From Polymyxa betae A26-41 (Eukaryota > Protista > Endomyxa: Phytomyxea), in the NCBI GenBank assembly GCA_003693705.1, contig RBZT01000424.1:1-64000 (forward strand): a stretch of 64,000 nucleotides of DNA. The letters run 5' to 3'. The stretch's first letter is position 1; each line of letters starts with the position of its first letter. The notes under the pieces are model-generated. The model saw only the letters and a program-made list of their open reading frames with translations, was not told where the DNA came from and searched no databases. Shown here piece after piece: positions 40,401 to 53,538 of the stretch. A program made the position numbers and the translations under genes.

Positions 40401-43400
40401 TCGACAGGGCCTTGAGCAGAGATTCCGTACAGAAATCGAACTTTTTCTCCATCCTGCTATAGTGTGAGCACACGATGGAAGGCAGTAAACAAGCATAACG
40501 ACCTCAGCGATCATACCGACTACCTCCCAATTCTTTACGATCTGACCGTTATTGCTGTCGCGGTCTTTCGACTGCATTTCAAGACGATGTATTCCTGCGA
40601 AACATTTCTTAACATGTTTCTGAACTTGACTGGGATCACGAGTCTGTCCCAGAATCTCCAACAGATCGTCATCGGACAGAAAGTAAAACCGAGGGAAGAT
40701 CTATTTACTGTTAGAAATTCACTGACATCAATGGATGCATTAAGTACCTGGCGTTTCTTCTCGAGATATTGGTCCAGGGATTTCTGAACCTTTTCTAAGG
40801 TAGCTTTCATTCGTTGAAGTCGGTCGATCTGGCCGTCGCTTTCGACGCATTGAAGCGCGATACGAACTGAATTCCATCGATCCATGATCTCGATCCAGCT
40901 GCCGTTGACGTTTTCGAACAAGGCAGATTCGACAGGAAGCTGTTTACGAATATCCTCCGAGCCTGTTGCATTGTCAAAACCGGCAGCAAAAGAAAATTCA
41001 ATGAAAAGCTTCGATTCTGCTGAACATAATTCTGATTTGTTACAGAAAGACGGAAGAGCAATGTCCAACTGCCACATTACCAATGAATATTGACTCTAAA
41101 TACATCCACTGGCGTTGTACTGAAAGAATGACTTCCAACGTCTCAGCGGTGTCGTTCAGGCGACGCACCCAGAGATTAACTGTCTGATATAAATCAGCAC
41201 ATCAAATAATGCAGATATTCTGGGAGTCGTACTTCTTCGAAAGTGATATAATGAGGCGAATTTTTCATCGATGACAACGCTACATGATTGTCCTCCAAAG
41301 TTTGAAACAAATCATCAGTTGATACAATCTTTCGATACCTTTAATAAGGTTAGCAGATCTTTCTAAGAACAATCAAGCAGCCAATGCTAACCTGCCCTCT
41401 TTGTATGGTACAACTTCAACGCTCATGGTACGCCACTTTTCAGCGATTTCATCGAGCGTCTGCTCGATGGTGAATTCGCGTGATGCGATAGCTGATAATG
41501 TACTGATAGTTTCTGCATGCTGTTGAATACCAAGCTGCAACAATGTCCCTAGCGAGAACGTCTCGCTGTTTGGATCAAAAGCAGTATCAGGAATCTCTTC
41601 TTTGAGCTCCGCCCAATGTCGTTCTCTCATAGCTGGGTTCTTTAGGTCTTTGATCAATGGCATCGCTGCCCGGAACTTCTCAATTTTCTCTCGAAGGTCA
41701 TTCCAAACGGGCCATTTCTTCATCATCTTTGAATATCGCAACAGTCGGGACTGCACGTCGCTGGCACGCTCATCCATAAAATCACAATTTAGTGAACGAA
41801 ATGGTTGGGAGCGCCAGCCCTCCCAACCAGATCGCCATTCAGCCGTTAACTGAAAAAAATTTCACAACGTAATTTGGAATTTGTTAATTGATTCCGACCT
41901 GCCAGATATTGTCAAGCGCTTGCAAATCACGTTCAATGTCATCAAGATCTTTGTAAGTGGGCTGGGCGATGGAGAAGATATCCAAACCAGCTTTCATTGA
42001 AGCTGCCTGGGCCCTGGCTTCGGCAATGCGTTTCTTCCAGGAATCTAAAAGAACAAGCGCTTTCTCAATGCTTTGAGGATCGTCATCAGATGCAGCCTTG
42101 AACACATCCGAAGCTGAAACAGCTTAACATGCGAATGTAGATATAGTAGTGAGCTTACACAGGAAAACACGACGATGCTCGATGAGTGAATCGTTGAAAG
42201 CATCGATAGATAACTCTAAACCACGCTTCATTGAATGCTTGACTTGGGTCAGCATTGTCTCTGCATCCTGAATGGTGACCAGGAATAACTTCCACGACGG
42301 CCGAAGAGCATCAAGGGCATCCTTTTCTTCATCAGAGACAGCCACACCGAATTTCAGCAGCGTTTTAAACATGTCGTCCAAAGGATCAAATCGGGCATCA
42401 ATCAGCGACACCTAATACGCGAATATTAGCAAATCGCCCAAAGTAAGAAGAGAAACCCCCAAAATTGTTTCGTACTTCTTTCTTCATGCGAGCTAGAAGG
42501 TTCAGGCCATTTCCAAGCTGATCCAAGTCTTTTGGTTCCCTCATGAGTTCTTCGCTGGTTGTTGAGATGAGCTCGCGTAGAGCTTGTAGTTCAGACGAGG
42601 CATTCGCATGTAATAACGTCGTTAGACGGTTTTGCCAATCGATGCAGTGTGCGACGAGAGACGATTTCAAACGAGAGCAATCGATACGGATGAATCTAAC
42701 TGTTCTAGTCGGGTCCTCGCTCTGAATGTCTTCCTGCATAGATTTGTAACGAGTGATATCCATATCGTAAGAAGACAATGGTCGCTTGGTGTTGGCATAA
42801 CGCCTCATATATGCATCTTTATCGACATCCCATGCCGACCTGAAATTGTTCTTAATAAGAGCTATTCAAAAGAAACCAACAAACCTGTAAGCATCCTTCC
42901 AGTACGCAACGAGTTCGCTGATGTCGGTAGTGACATTCCTCATGCCCTGAATAATCGTCACGAACGTTTTCAATACGTCTTCGTCATTGGCGATAGCATC
43001 GTAGAAATTAGCTGGATCGCTGTTAGCGGAAGCCGCTGCCGCAGGCGTCGTTTCGTTAGTTGGTGCTGCTTCTTCTTCCTCATTATTAACTAAGACAACA
43101 ACAGCATTCTTCTTCTTTCTTTTGTAGTCAAGCAGGTCGCTCAACCGAAGAACGACTTTGACCGTATTCATTAGTTTGCGGGAGACGTCATTAACAAGGT
43201 TTGTAAGATCGGTCATAGTTGGACGGAAAGCAACTTGTTGCTGGCCTCCCCCGACGTTATCATCGAGAATCATGGCGATTTTGAATAGCGCCTGCATCTC
43301 TTTCTTGGAGTCTCCTGCGATAGCTTTTGATAGCTCAAGCATCGATCGTTTTACCATTTGACGTAAGGCTGATTCGATCTGCCGATCGATTCGACGGATG

Positions 43401-46282
43401 TAAAGCGCCCAGGCTCGCTGCACATCAGATGGTGCATCTTTGAAGATATCATAACAGTCGTTCATCCTCAAAACGATGTCTTTGTGTAAGTTGGCCAGTT
43501 CTGCCTCAATCCTTTTAAGCAAATCTTAGTACTTTCACATCAGTTAGAAAAGGCTTACTGAGCACGATGAAGGTTTTGAGCTTCGTCGAACATCTTATCA
43601 GTATAGACCGTGTTCTTCTCGAAGGCGATCACCATGCTGGCCGAAATCTTTCGACAGCTGTTGATGATATTTTGATGATGGCCATGGAACACATTGATCA
43701 ATGCCGAAATATCACGGCATTGCTCACGACAGATTTTGACGAAAAACTCTTTGATGTGCTTCTTCGACCAAGTTAACTTTGTCAGACCGGGGCTCAGTCG
43801 TCTGTTAATTTTTCGAATATGATCAGCAAACAGCTGACGTTCATCAGACGTTAAGGCATCAATAACAGCGTTGAATTCGCGAACCACCAGCATAATATTC
43901 TGATAGAGAACCCTCATAGGCTCATGTGTAGCCGCAATATCATGAGCAGTATAAGGAATGGCAAACTCGCTGCCTGTGAAATCAGCCCAGTAAGCAACTT
44001 CGTCATACACTCGCATTAATATCTTGTCGAAATTCGCTTCCAGATGGCCATTATCACCATCAGCCATACGAAGCAATGGTTGCTCGAGACGCTGCGGGAA
44101 CGGCATCTCGTTGTTTGCTTCGTCAACAAAAACGACAAATTCTGCATGCATCTGCTTTTGGTAGGCAGCGAGAACGCTAACAACTTGATCAAGAGCGACA
44201 TGAGCATCGCGACATTCTCTTGAAGTATCATTAGCAAGCGAGGCAGCTCGGTCCACGATCTCGCGTTGCTCCTGACAGCGACGTGCTAATCCACGAGCCC
44301 ATAAAGCACTCCCAGAATAATGTGGATAGCAAGGAGGTAAAGGTGGCCGATTATGGTGACGATCGAAATCGCGTTTGACGGCCAGCATGTCGGCTTTCAG
44401 CATGGCGAATACGTCAGCGGTCTTACGGTTGAGCACAGCTCGAAGAGACGGTCTCTTGGCGACAGACGAGAATGATTCCAAGAGTTCGACACCGCTGGCT
44501 ACGGTGGCGACGCCATCGAACGCAGAAGAGATGACGTTCGTCATCATGATTTCTAGGTCTTTAACGCCGTTCTTGAAGAAGTTGTAGTCGTCATGCCAAT
44601 TAGTAGCTTTTACATCCAGAATGTTGTAATCGACACTTCGTAGTCGCTCAATGTGTTTTTCGAACGCTTCTTCAATATCGATCATTGCTCGTTCGATTTC
44701 ATGGCCTCGGCAACCACCAAATACTGGAAGTTCGGTTTTACCCGTTGGAGACGATGAACATTTTCGTGCAAACTGGACTTGGCCTTCACAAACTTCCAGC
44801 AGCTCGCGACACCTCTGCACAAAAGCTTCGATTTGAGCGAAGATTGAAGAAGGGTCGAACGACCACGCCTTGGGGTCTGTTTGACGAACATTTTCGAGGG
44901 TCTTCTCGTAGATTGAACGCCATTCCACACCACAATTGATGGCATCACGAAGATGTTTCATGCTTATATCAACATCGCCGTCGAAAATTTCGCTCAGATT
45001 GATGGCGTTCGTGCATTGCCGAATAATCTGCGATGAAACTTTACGCAGAAGGCTGGTCAGACGCTCATTCGTATTGTAGAAGCGCGACTTGGACCAGATT
45101 TGAAGGATTAAGTTCAATATCTCTGGTAGTAATGGAGCGATATTGGAAGGCGCGGATTGGCGAAGACGTTGGCAAGGATCCGCTAATGTCTCCAGAAAAC
45201 GAAGATTGTCGTCAGCCTCGTCTGAACCCGATTGAATCATGCCTCTTAATGTCTCGAATGGTTTCAGATAAGAAGACGTGACCATGTTTAGGATACGAAC
45301 AATATCAACCACACCTGGTCGCTCCAACTGCCTTCGTATCCCCAATAAGTCGACCGTCCTGGAACGCCAAAATTCGATTTCTTCTAATGGACCACTCTCC
45401 TTTGGTTCATTCAGCCTGCTATCTGAAAAATCAAGTAACATCTTACTTCAACGTGTTGGGAAGTCTCCTGATTCGTCACGACTTCTTTGATCTGTCTGGT
45501 CCAATGAATCAGAGTCGACTCTAGCCGCTGTATCAAATCTTTATCATTGATACAAGCTTCAGTATCTGATAGATCCTCTTGCGGAAGATAAAGTATGGTG
45601 CTTCCCTTTGCATGGTTCACCTAAATATTGTTTAGATGGCATGGCCTAGCCTGTAGAAGCTGATTACAGTTTCAGTGAGGGTCGCCATAAATTTATGGAC
45701 ATGGCCAGAAAACTCTTTTCTGACGCTGGTGGGCCAAGTAGCATTCGATAGAAAGGTCGGGACGAATACGTTCGTCATCGTGTTAAAAATATTGTCGAGC
45801 ACGTTGCCACTTATGATTCCATACTGGATTAGATCACGAACTTCATCTCGCGATAGAGCCACAGTACCCGGCTCTTTGATAAAGTATTGAACCTGATCTA
45901 GGCCTGATTGTTGAAGTGCCGATGCATCAGTTTGCATGGAAACACGGCCCTGACTGTCAATAAACGCCACTAACCGAGTAATGGTCGGAGAGGCTAGAAA
46001 ATCAGAGATAATGAACCCATGTTCTTCACGCCAGGATTCTTTCTGAAATCCATCCAAAGCGATCCTCTGCCAAATCCATAACACAGCATCATCATCAGGA
46101 ATTTGCTCATCGACTTCAATATTGGATTCGTGTATAGGCTGAACTGATCCAGGAATGCCTATAGAGATGCCTTCCGGCCGGTTTTTATCCAGAGGCTGTA
46201 GCAGATCACGTTCAGTTTCAAAAGGAATAGAGTCCATTAGATCATCGGCGTCGTTTGGCGGCTCGCCGATGCCGCTGGACAT
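28494..46282 (-). CDS. DNAH2: Axonemal inner-arm dynein heavy chain (I1-beta / DNAH2-like), many exons
   Basis: GPLEEIEFW (DHC_N1); P-loops [26 protein letters not shown] and GVGGSGRQS; [10 protein letters not shown]; stalk/MTBD; C-terminus [19 protein letters not shown]...[12 protein letters not shown]. Confidence 0.92.
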
Positions 46283-46664
46283 GATGGCCCTATTGTGCTA
46301 AAGTTGTGCAGCTAAGTTTCAGTTTCTCATCAGGTCACTGTGTAACCGACTGCAATGTCATTGAAAGTTTGTCAAATCGTGAAATCGACGACGTTGTGGT
46401 GTCGACCATTTTTGGTTGACAGCATCCGCCTTCCATCAAGGCCATGTTGATAGGTTAAGAGTCTCACAAATCGGAAAAATGAGATTGCGGAATCTATTAT
46501 GTGCGACATTCAACTGCACCGAACAGATGCCAATGTCATTTGCATTACATAGTCGTCAATCCATACTGAAGGCTCTGACGCCCATTAACAATGGCAGCCC
46601 AACATCGTCTATGTACCTATGTATTGCCAGTGAATCCTAATACGAAGGCGAATATCATATATTG

Positions 46665-48002
46665 CTATTCTATTTTTCCTTTGAGCACGCCTTCAATGAC
46701 GTCTAATCTGCGATTAATGAGAGAAAGCTCTTTGAGAAGATCCAGTTTCATCGAATTCATCATAACTTCGAATTTGCTTAATTTTGACGATAATACATCA
46801 GAACAGGGATTCGATTGCTCAAGACACTGAATTTGAATGGAGCTGATATATCCGATACTTTCCTTCCAAGAAGCTAAGCGAAATATTCCAGAAGAAAGGG
46901 AATAAGACGTCAATATTAATAATTTGGATTTTGATGAGATCCAAGCAAGACCGCGAACACGGGCGGTAGTGTTCTTATCATCACAGCGTATTGTTTCGGT
47001 CCATATGCGAGTAATAATTTTGGAATTAATTTGAAAAACAATAATCTAAAAAAACGGTTATCAAACAAATGCGATGGTAATAGAAGGAGATTCACCATGT
47101 TGCTCGTAAACGAAGTGATTGCCAACAGTTTGAGTGTCGCATCGTAAACAGCAATGTCAATGATTGGCAGCTCAGGAATTTCAACCGATGCTATCTCTTT
47201 CAAGTTGGTATTAGAAAGAGAAACAACAGCAAATCCAGAGTCTTGTACATTGAGATTGTGAAGGTGTTCCAGCGGGCTCATCGAGGTTTCGAGGTTTTCT
47301 GAGTTTAGCTTGATCTTCGGATTTGAGCAACATATCAAGTTGAAATCACTCCCTGTTTGGCTTGCAAAAACGAATGATAATTCCGCTGTTCGTAAAGATA
47401 AAGTCAATTTGGAGCCAAGCTCAGTATTCTCATCAACGTTGATTACTGAATCGTTCTGGACTATATACAAATTTGCTTGGTTGGTAAACCAGGTCGCAAA
47501 CGAAGAAGAGAACAAGAGCTGTCCTTTCAAAGAATAAACCATAATAGATGAGCGATTACTGGCTAAGATTCTGTCAGTAGCAATAAAGACCAGGTCCTTC
47601 ACTTTGAAATCGCAGCTGATCTCAGAGACCAGTTTACCATGTTTTGAGTAGATAAGAATCTTTGGTATAGATTCAGCGATTCCACAGTTTAAATCGTCTG
47701 ATAGTGCAACTGCTGTGATCTTTGCAGGATCTACGCTGGAAGGTATTAGCAGATAGCCTAACTGGAACACCAAATGATACAGACGTATTGTGGATGTGAG
47801 TCATCTCTGAGATAGCCGATTTGAAACTCACTAGGCGACAATATTCGCCATTTGTTATTAGCATGGCCTTTCGCTTCGATGATACCGCTAAGCGAGATAA
47901 GCGGCATGCTCATGAAAAATCCACTGACATACCATGATGTAGATAGTCAGCAGAATAGTATCTGCATGTGCCAAGATCATAATGGAACATTTCAGCATCC
48001 AT
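46665..48002 (-). CDS. WD-repeat and coiled-coil protein (WDCP/C2orf44)-like, 4 exons
   Basis: Spliced N-terminus MDAEMFHYDLGTCRYYSADYLHHAVSSKRKAMLITNGEYCRLL and VEIPELPIIDIAVYDATLKLLAITSFTSNMIIVFQ...RVRGLAW resemble recalled WDCP motifs; C-terminal coiled coil. Confidence 0.55.
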
Positions 48003-48509
48003 CTCGGACAGAAAGATGATGATGATCCCCAACTGCACAATGCCTTATTCGAAACGCCGTAGTGCATACAGCAGAACTTTTCGTTTCGAAGGCGTCGAAA
48101 ACATATTGTTCGTTTTATTGATGTGTCTTGTTGATATTCATTATTCTTAACGAACATTTGATTGCAACGCAGGAATACAATCGAGGGCTTCGAATGGGTC
48201 ATTTCTGAGAGTGACGGTACTCTCCCAGATCGGCGATGCTCCATTTGCAGGCATGATGTTCCTTCCGTGGTCGATCGTATCTCTTCACCGGTTGAACTTT
48301 ATGATGAGATTTTAGAACGTAGGCTTTGGTCGAGTTACAAGTAATTTATTGCAGCATGATACTGGATTCTGGCGTTACGTCAGGCACATCGGGGGAAGAT
48401 TTAGGTGTATTGGGCAGCGAGGATACGTCGTTAGATACTCAAGAACGAGATGTCTGCAACCAACAACCCCTATTTGCTTACTCAAATTGTCAGAAATTCT
48501 ACGCGATGT

Positions 48510-49139
48510 TTATTTGGATTTTGATTTTACTGTTAACTTATAATCGATAAAATGATAGGCCAAGTAAGCCATAGGGGCAAACATGAAGCCGAGGGCACGG
48601 TGCTTGAATTTGTTTGCAATAAACTTCGCACCTCTCTCCTCTTGCTCCGTCAGGCCACCCAGCGACGAAAACTCTAGCCTGGCAGCATCGGTAGTGGCAG
48701 CAGCATACTTTTGCAAATAAAGTGATTTGCGCCAGGCACCGATTCCGAATCCGAGAGAGGCTGCAGATCCAATGATGAAGGAGCCTTGTTCAGTTGGAGT
48801 GGCGATGTAAAAGGGCCATTGAGACAGGCGAGGGTATAATACCACACATGTGAATAGTCAGCTGAAACACAAGTATCCAGTAAAAACGTCATAAAATCCA
48901 CAAAGCAGTCGTGGGCGAATTCTGTGAGACATCTTGGCAAACGTACCAGTTGGTTTCAACAGCGACGACTGCAGCGTGTCCAGGCGACGTTGGAGCGTCG
49001 TGATCAGTTCTGTGCGCACCACAATCAGGTTTTCCGCATCTTTTTCCTCCGCCACCGCCAGCTTTGCCTCGACCTCAGCGATCTCCTCCTTAATATGCTC
49101 CATTTCTTCCTTAATTAACTGTTCCCGCGACGACATCAC
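48510..49139 (-). pseudogene. Coiled-coil + membrane hypothetical gene split by a 1-nt frameshift (pseudogene, assembly error or recoding)
   Basis: Exon 1 is coiled-coil, followed by intron 48862-48946. Exon 2 frame 0 stops at 48674, while the -1 frame continues as a hydrophobic 48510-48845 ORF. Confidence 0.45.
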
Positions 49140-49787
49140 GACAAAGAAGAATGAGAAAATATCAGTGACGCACTTTTTTAAAATCGATGTTGCGATTATT
49201 TGATTAGTTGAAGAATGAATTTATTTGAAGGAATTACAATCCTTAAATACTAGAGATAGGTAACGCGTTGACACGACTGTCACAATCCTGAATAAGAGGA
49301 TAGGCTGGAAAATGACTTAGCACTGTTTGGTCTTAATGACTTGAGCCGTGTGAAGTGTCGATCCTACTGTGACGCTGTAGTTTGGACTTCAATACCCCCC
49401 TTCGTCACGCGCTCGGCGATGCTCAGTTTTTAGCCTGACGCCTCCCGGACTAGGGGGGAGTGAGGCGTATTCATCAGTCTGCGGAGGATGGCGAGTGTGA
49501 CGCACGGATGAGCGACCGAATCTGCCCGCGTTTCAGAGTTCTAGTATGTACATTCGTACCGAGCTAAAGACCCTTTTAACCCCCAGTTCGAGTACGTATC
49601 GGCATGCTGCGTGCTTCACAGTATCGTGAATGGACGTCGTGTTGCAGCAGACAATATCCGTTTTCTTCCAGAAACTGACTACGAATCTGGCAGCCAGTGT
49701 CAACCTGGTGCAACTGTAGACGGATCAGAGCTTCGGCGCCTGGTACAACAAAAGGTAATGTATTTCTTTTCCTAATGTTAATACATG

Positions 49788-50975
49788 CTAGTTGTCGAAT
49801 GCACGCTGTAAGGTTTGCTTAATTTGATCCAGTGTTGCACCTGCCGTCATTACACTACCAACGAGGTTGGCTTTTGCCACTTTTGTAGCGAGCAGCTGGC
49901 TGTGAGCACTACTTTGCTCTTCCAGCTTCAGCTGTGCCTTCTCAATATCGATTTTACCTTGCTCTATGTCTGCATGTTTCTGTTGCAGAGCCAATTCGTG
50001 CTCCATCTTTTTCGCATCGAACTCCAGTTGGGCATTTTGCGTTTCAGCGAAAACGGAAGCAAAATCTTTGCGAGCCTGCTTGTTGGGTTTAGGAGTAACT
50101 ACAGGAAATTCGATTTTTTTTTGAAGAAATTTCAGACCGTTTCGCCCTGGCTGGGGTGGATTTTGCAGCTTTTCGTGGGGCTCTACTATCATTTTTTTTT
50201 ATACATTCGTCGTCACTTTCGTCTGTTGAGCGACGTTGGGTTTTCTCCTGCATTTTCTGCTGATGGCTACCGAAAGCATCTGCCAGGTTCTCAAGATATT
50301 CCTTTCCCTGGCCTGCCCCTACATCCTGCGAGGTAGGTACAGAAGATTCAACGACTGATGCCATAACAGGCTGGATTCCCACGTTTTGGTGATAATCGTC
50401 CATAGAGAGCCCTTCGGCGTTTGTGTCGATAAAATCGTCGCTGGATTCTTTACTGTTTCCATCGCTTTCAGATGGCAAGTTTTTCGACGGTTTGTTAAAG
50501 AAACCGGCAGGGATGCCGAGCTCTGTGGTTGCAGCAGGAGTAACATTTTGGCGAGCACCAAACAACCGATGCACCCGGCTATAATAATGGCACATTATAT
50601 CCAGTTTCTCTGCAATCGTTTTGATATTCTTGTTCGTATGGTCCTCTGTTAGACCTGACCCAGTTTGTTCGCTAATCGTCTTGGTGTTTTTATAAGGCTT
50701 TACATAGCTTTCATAACGGCTTTTCGCATCGAGTGTGGTCCAGACACGTTCTTTATTGTCAAGGAATTTGTTGGCAAAATCTGCTAAGGCTTTGTAGCCT
50801 GCAGCCTTAGAAAGTTTTTGACCAGCAACAACTGGCTTGCCATTTGATGCGGAACCGGTGATTAACTAAAAATTCTCAGAAATCTCGAGAACGGTGATCA
50901 TGTCTCTAAACTCGGCCAGGCTGGTGCGTTTGCGTTGGCTTTTAGGCTGCGAAGAAGGCGTGCTTTAGTTGACAT
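49788..50975 (-). mobile_element. Degenerate Myb/SANT-like transposon protein (PIF/Harbinger-type accessory ORF relic)
   Basis: WTTLDAKSRYESY..YKNTK....TGSGLT...IKTIAEKLDIMCHYYSRVHRLFGARQNVTP. There are in-frame stops near the 5' end and a frameshift at a homopolymer near 50195. Confidence 0.6.
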
Positions 50976-51284
50976 AGTAAAGATCGATCGCGAGCGACAG
51001 CAAATAACGACAACGAATGACGAATTGACGATAAGGTTAACTAACCTACCGGTAAATTTCGAGGCGTACTTATCTGGGCGCATAATTGTGAGAAGCGATC
51101 TTTATTAAAAAGCACTGCTTTTTTATATAGAAATGGTTGATTGTCCCCGATAACTCGGCGATAAGACCCCCGGAGGAAGTTGGTAGGAACCTGTTTGCGG
51201 GCACTGCGTCCCCGTTTTCTAACCCTTGCCTAAACCACCCAGCACAAAGAGTACGCTTTCCAGGAATCTTTGAAGAGTATGAAA

Positions 51285-52341
51285 TTAGGATGGGCATGTA
51301 TTTGCAGTGACTCCTTGTGGACGGCTCAGTATAAGACTTTCCTGAACCAGACTGATAGCAGATTCCGCGATAGTTCTTGGAGAGGGAGATTCGTTCCTCT
51401 TAATCTGCAAACTCCGTTTCCATAATGACGACATCGGTGTCGATGCGAACAGATTCATCAATGGATTCATCAGTGAACGAATCGAATAGAAGCCCTCCGA
51501 TAGTTCTTCCTCGGCGTATTTTGCATACGATCTGGCAAGCTCCATTCGCTCTTCCCAGCTGCAGAATGACTCTCCAAATCTGCATTGACCAAGCAGGAAA
51601 GGGTTGTCTCTGATCGCCCTTCCGATCATGATTCCATCAACCTTGCCTGTATAGCTTTGAACTTTGGACAGATCATTGATGCCTCCATTTAAGATGATAT
51701 CTAGATGGGGCATCTCTCGTTTGACTCGATAAACGATATCGTAATCCAGCGGAGGAATGCTTCGATTTTCTTTCGGATTCCTGCCAAGTAACGCCTTACG
51801 GGCATGAACTATGAACTTGGAGATTCCAGCTGAATGCATTCTCTCGAGAAAATCCAACAGAAATTCAGGTGAATCATGATTGTCAACGCCAATTCTGCAT
51901 TTGATAGAGACTGGAATATCGATAGTCTTTTTTAGAGACTTAACGACATTTATGATACCATCTTCAATCATCAGCGCCGCTCCAAATCCACCCGATTGCA
52001 CAGCATTCGATGGGCAACCCATATTGATGTTGATCTCATCAAATCCTGCCTGCTGACATTTCTCTGCTGCCTGATTCAAAACCTGAAGGCTCCGTCCTCC
52101 AAGCTGTACAACAATTGGTCCATCATCAGGTGATCGTCGCAGATGACGTTGCGGATTGGCGCCGAAAGCCAAACAGCGATCCACAATCATTTCTGTATAT
52201 AAAACAGCATTCCGATTTAACATTCTGCATAAGTGCCGAAATGGTGCATTTGTCACCTACTCTCAGGCTTTAAGTCTATTGACTGAGATGATAACATTAT
52301 ACCTTCATCATTGGAGCTACATGTATAGGAACTGATACCAT
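51285..52341 (-). CDS. dusA: tRNA-dihydrouridine synthase, DusA-type (2 exons)
   Basis: VAPMM..T...FR, LYTEMI, QLGG, EININMGCPS, KCRIGVD, FIVHARKALLG.NPKENRSIPPLDY and GIMIGRA motifs. Confidence 0.88.
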
Positions 52342-52502
52342 ATTGTCGAAGATAGATGATAAAATTGAAACGAAATGATTGGCGTTTTGGGGCTGGGGGG
52401 AATGGTAAGACCCCGAGAAGGTTGCGCCATGGTTCAGAATTTCAGTCCGGGAGGCGACTCTATCTTCATTCGTCATCTTCATCTTATATTCAATCGGCCA
52501 TC

Positions 52503-53538
52503 ATGTTTGAAGCTAGGCTGGATAACGGTCTCCCTTTCAAGAAGGTACTCGACACCCTGCAGGGCATTGTCGAGGAGGGAAACTTTGACTGCTCGTCGAC
52601 CGCTATTTCTATGCAAGTCGGTTGTCTGGAAGGTGTGTTTTTTACCTACTGATTGTTCTATATAGGCAATGGACACTGCTCATGTCGCCCTCATTTCTTT
52701 ATTCTTAAAAGCTGAAGGTTTTGATCACTTTCGTTCGGATCGAAATATCTCCCTTGGTTTCAAAGTTGAATCCATGTGCAAAGTCAGCTCTCGCCAGAAG
52801 TCCGTCATTGTCGATTTTCTTATTAGATCCTGCAGATCTTCAAATGCATGGATAAAGACGATGGTTTGACCATGCGAGCTGACGACGAGGCTGAATCTGT
52901 ACACTTTGTTTTCGAAAGCCCTCAAACCGAGCGGCTTTCCGAATTCGAGTTGAAGCTTATGGACATCGATTCCGAGCACTTATCGGTCCCTGAGAAGGAT
53001 TATGCTGTTGTTGTAAGTGTAATGGCTGTATTCGCTGAAAAGGCCTTAGTGTGTTTACTGTAGATCAACATGCCTGCCGCTGAATTCCAGCGCATCTGCA
53101 GAGACTTAATGGCTTTGGGTGAAACTGTTGCTATTGACGCTTCTAAAGATGGTGTCAAGTTTAAAGTTGAAGGTGGAATCGGTTCTGGGACTATCGCTAT
53201 TCGTGCAAAGTAAGGGCCTTGCCGTTACTGCTAAAAATTTCGTCATTTAACGCTCCGTAGTGCTGTTGTTGACGAAAAGAAAGGCGATGTACCTACAACG
53301 ATCGAATGCCAAGACCCGGTTGAGCTTCAGTTTGCAATATCATACCTGAACTCTTTCTCTAAGGTTTCCAATTATTGTTTTACTTGATATTTGCTTCAGT
53401 TGATTTCTCTGTTAGGCTTCCGTATTGAACAAGAAAGTCAAAATTGCTCTGGCTAACGATGCCCCGATAATGGTCGAATACGAAGTCGACGAAATCGGTA
53501 CCTTGCAGTTTTTCTTGGCTCCTAAGATCCAAGAATAA
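52503..53538 (+). CDS. PCNA: Proliferating cell nuclear antigen (multi-exon)
   Basis: MFEARL, QAMDTAHVALI, FDHFRSDRN, EFELKLMDIDSEHL, FQRICRDL and FFLAPKI motifs. Confidence 0.98.

Noticed and set aside
28494-46282. Numerous + strand ORFs over the dynein locus
   Set aside because: Antisense shadows of long dynein exons.
47857-47905. attagcatggcc...gatga resembles U6 snRNA
   Set aside because: There is no upstream ACAGAGA box or 3' U-tail, and it lies antisense to a coding exon/intron of the WDCP-like gene. Likely a chance match.
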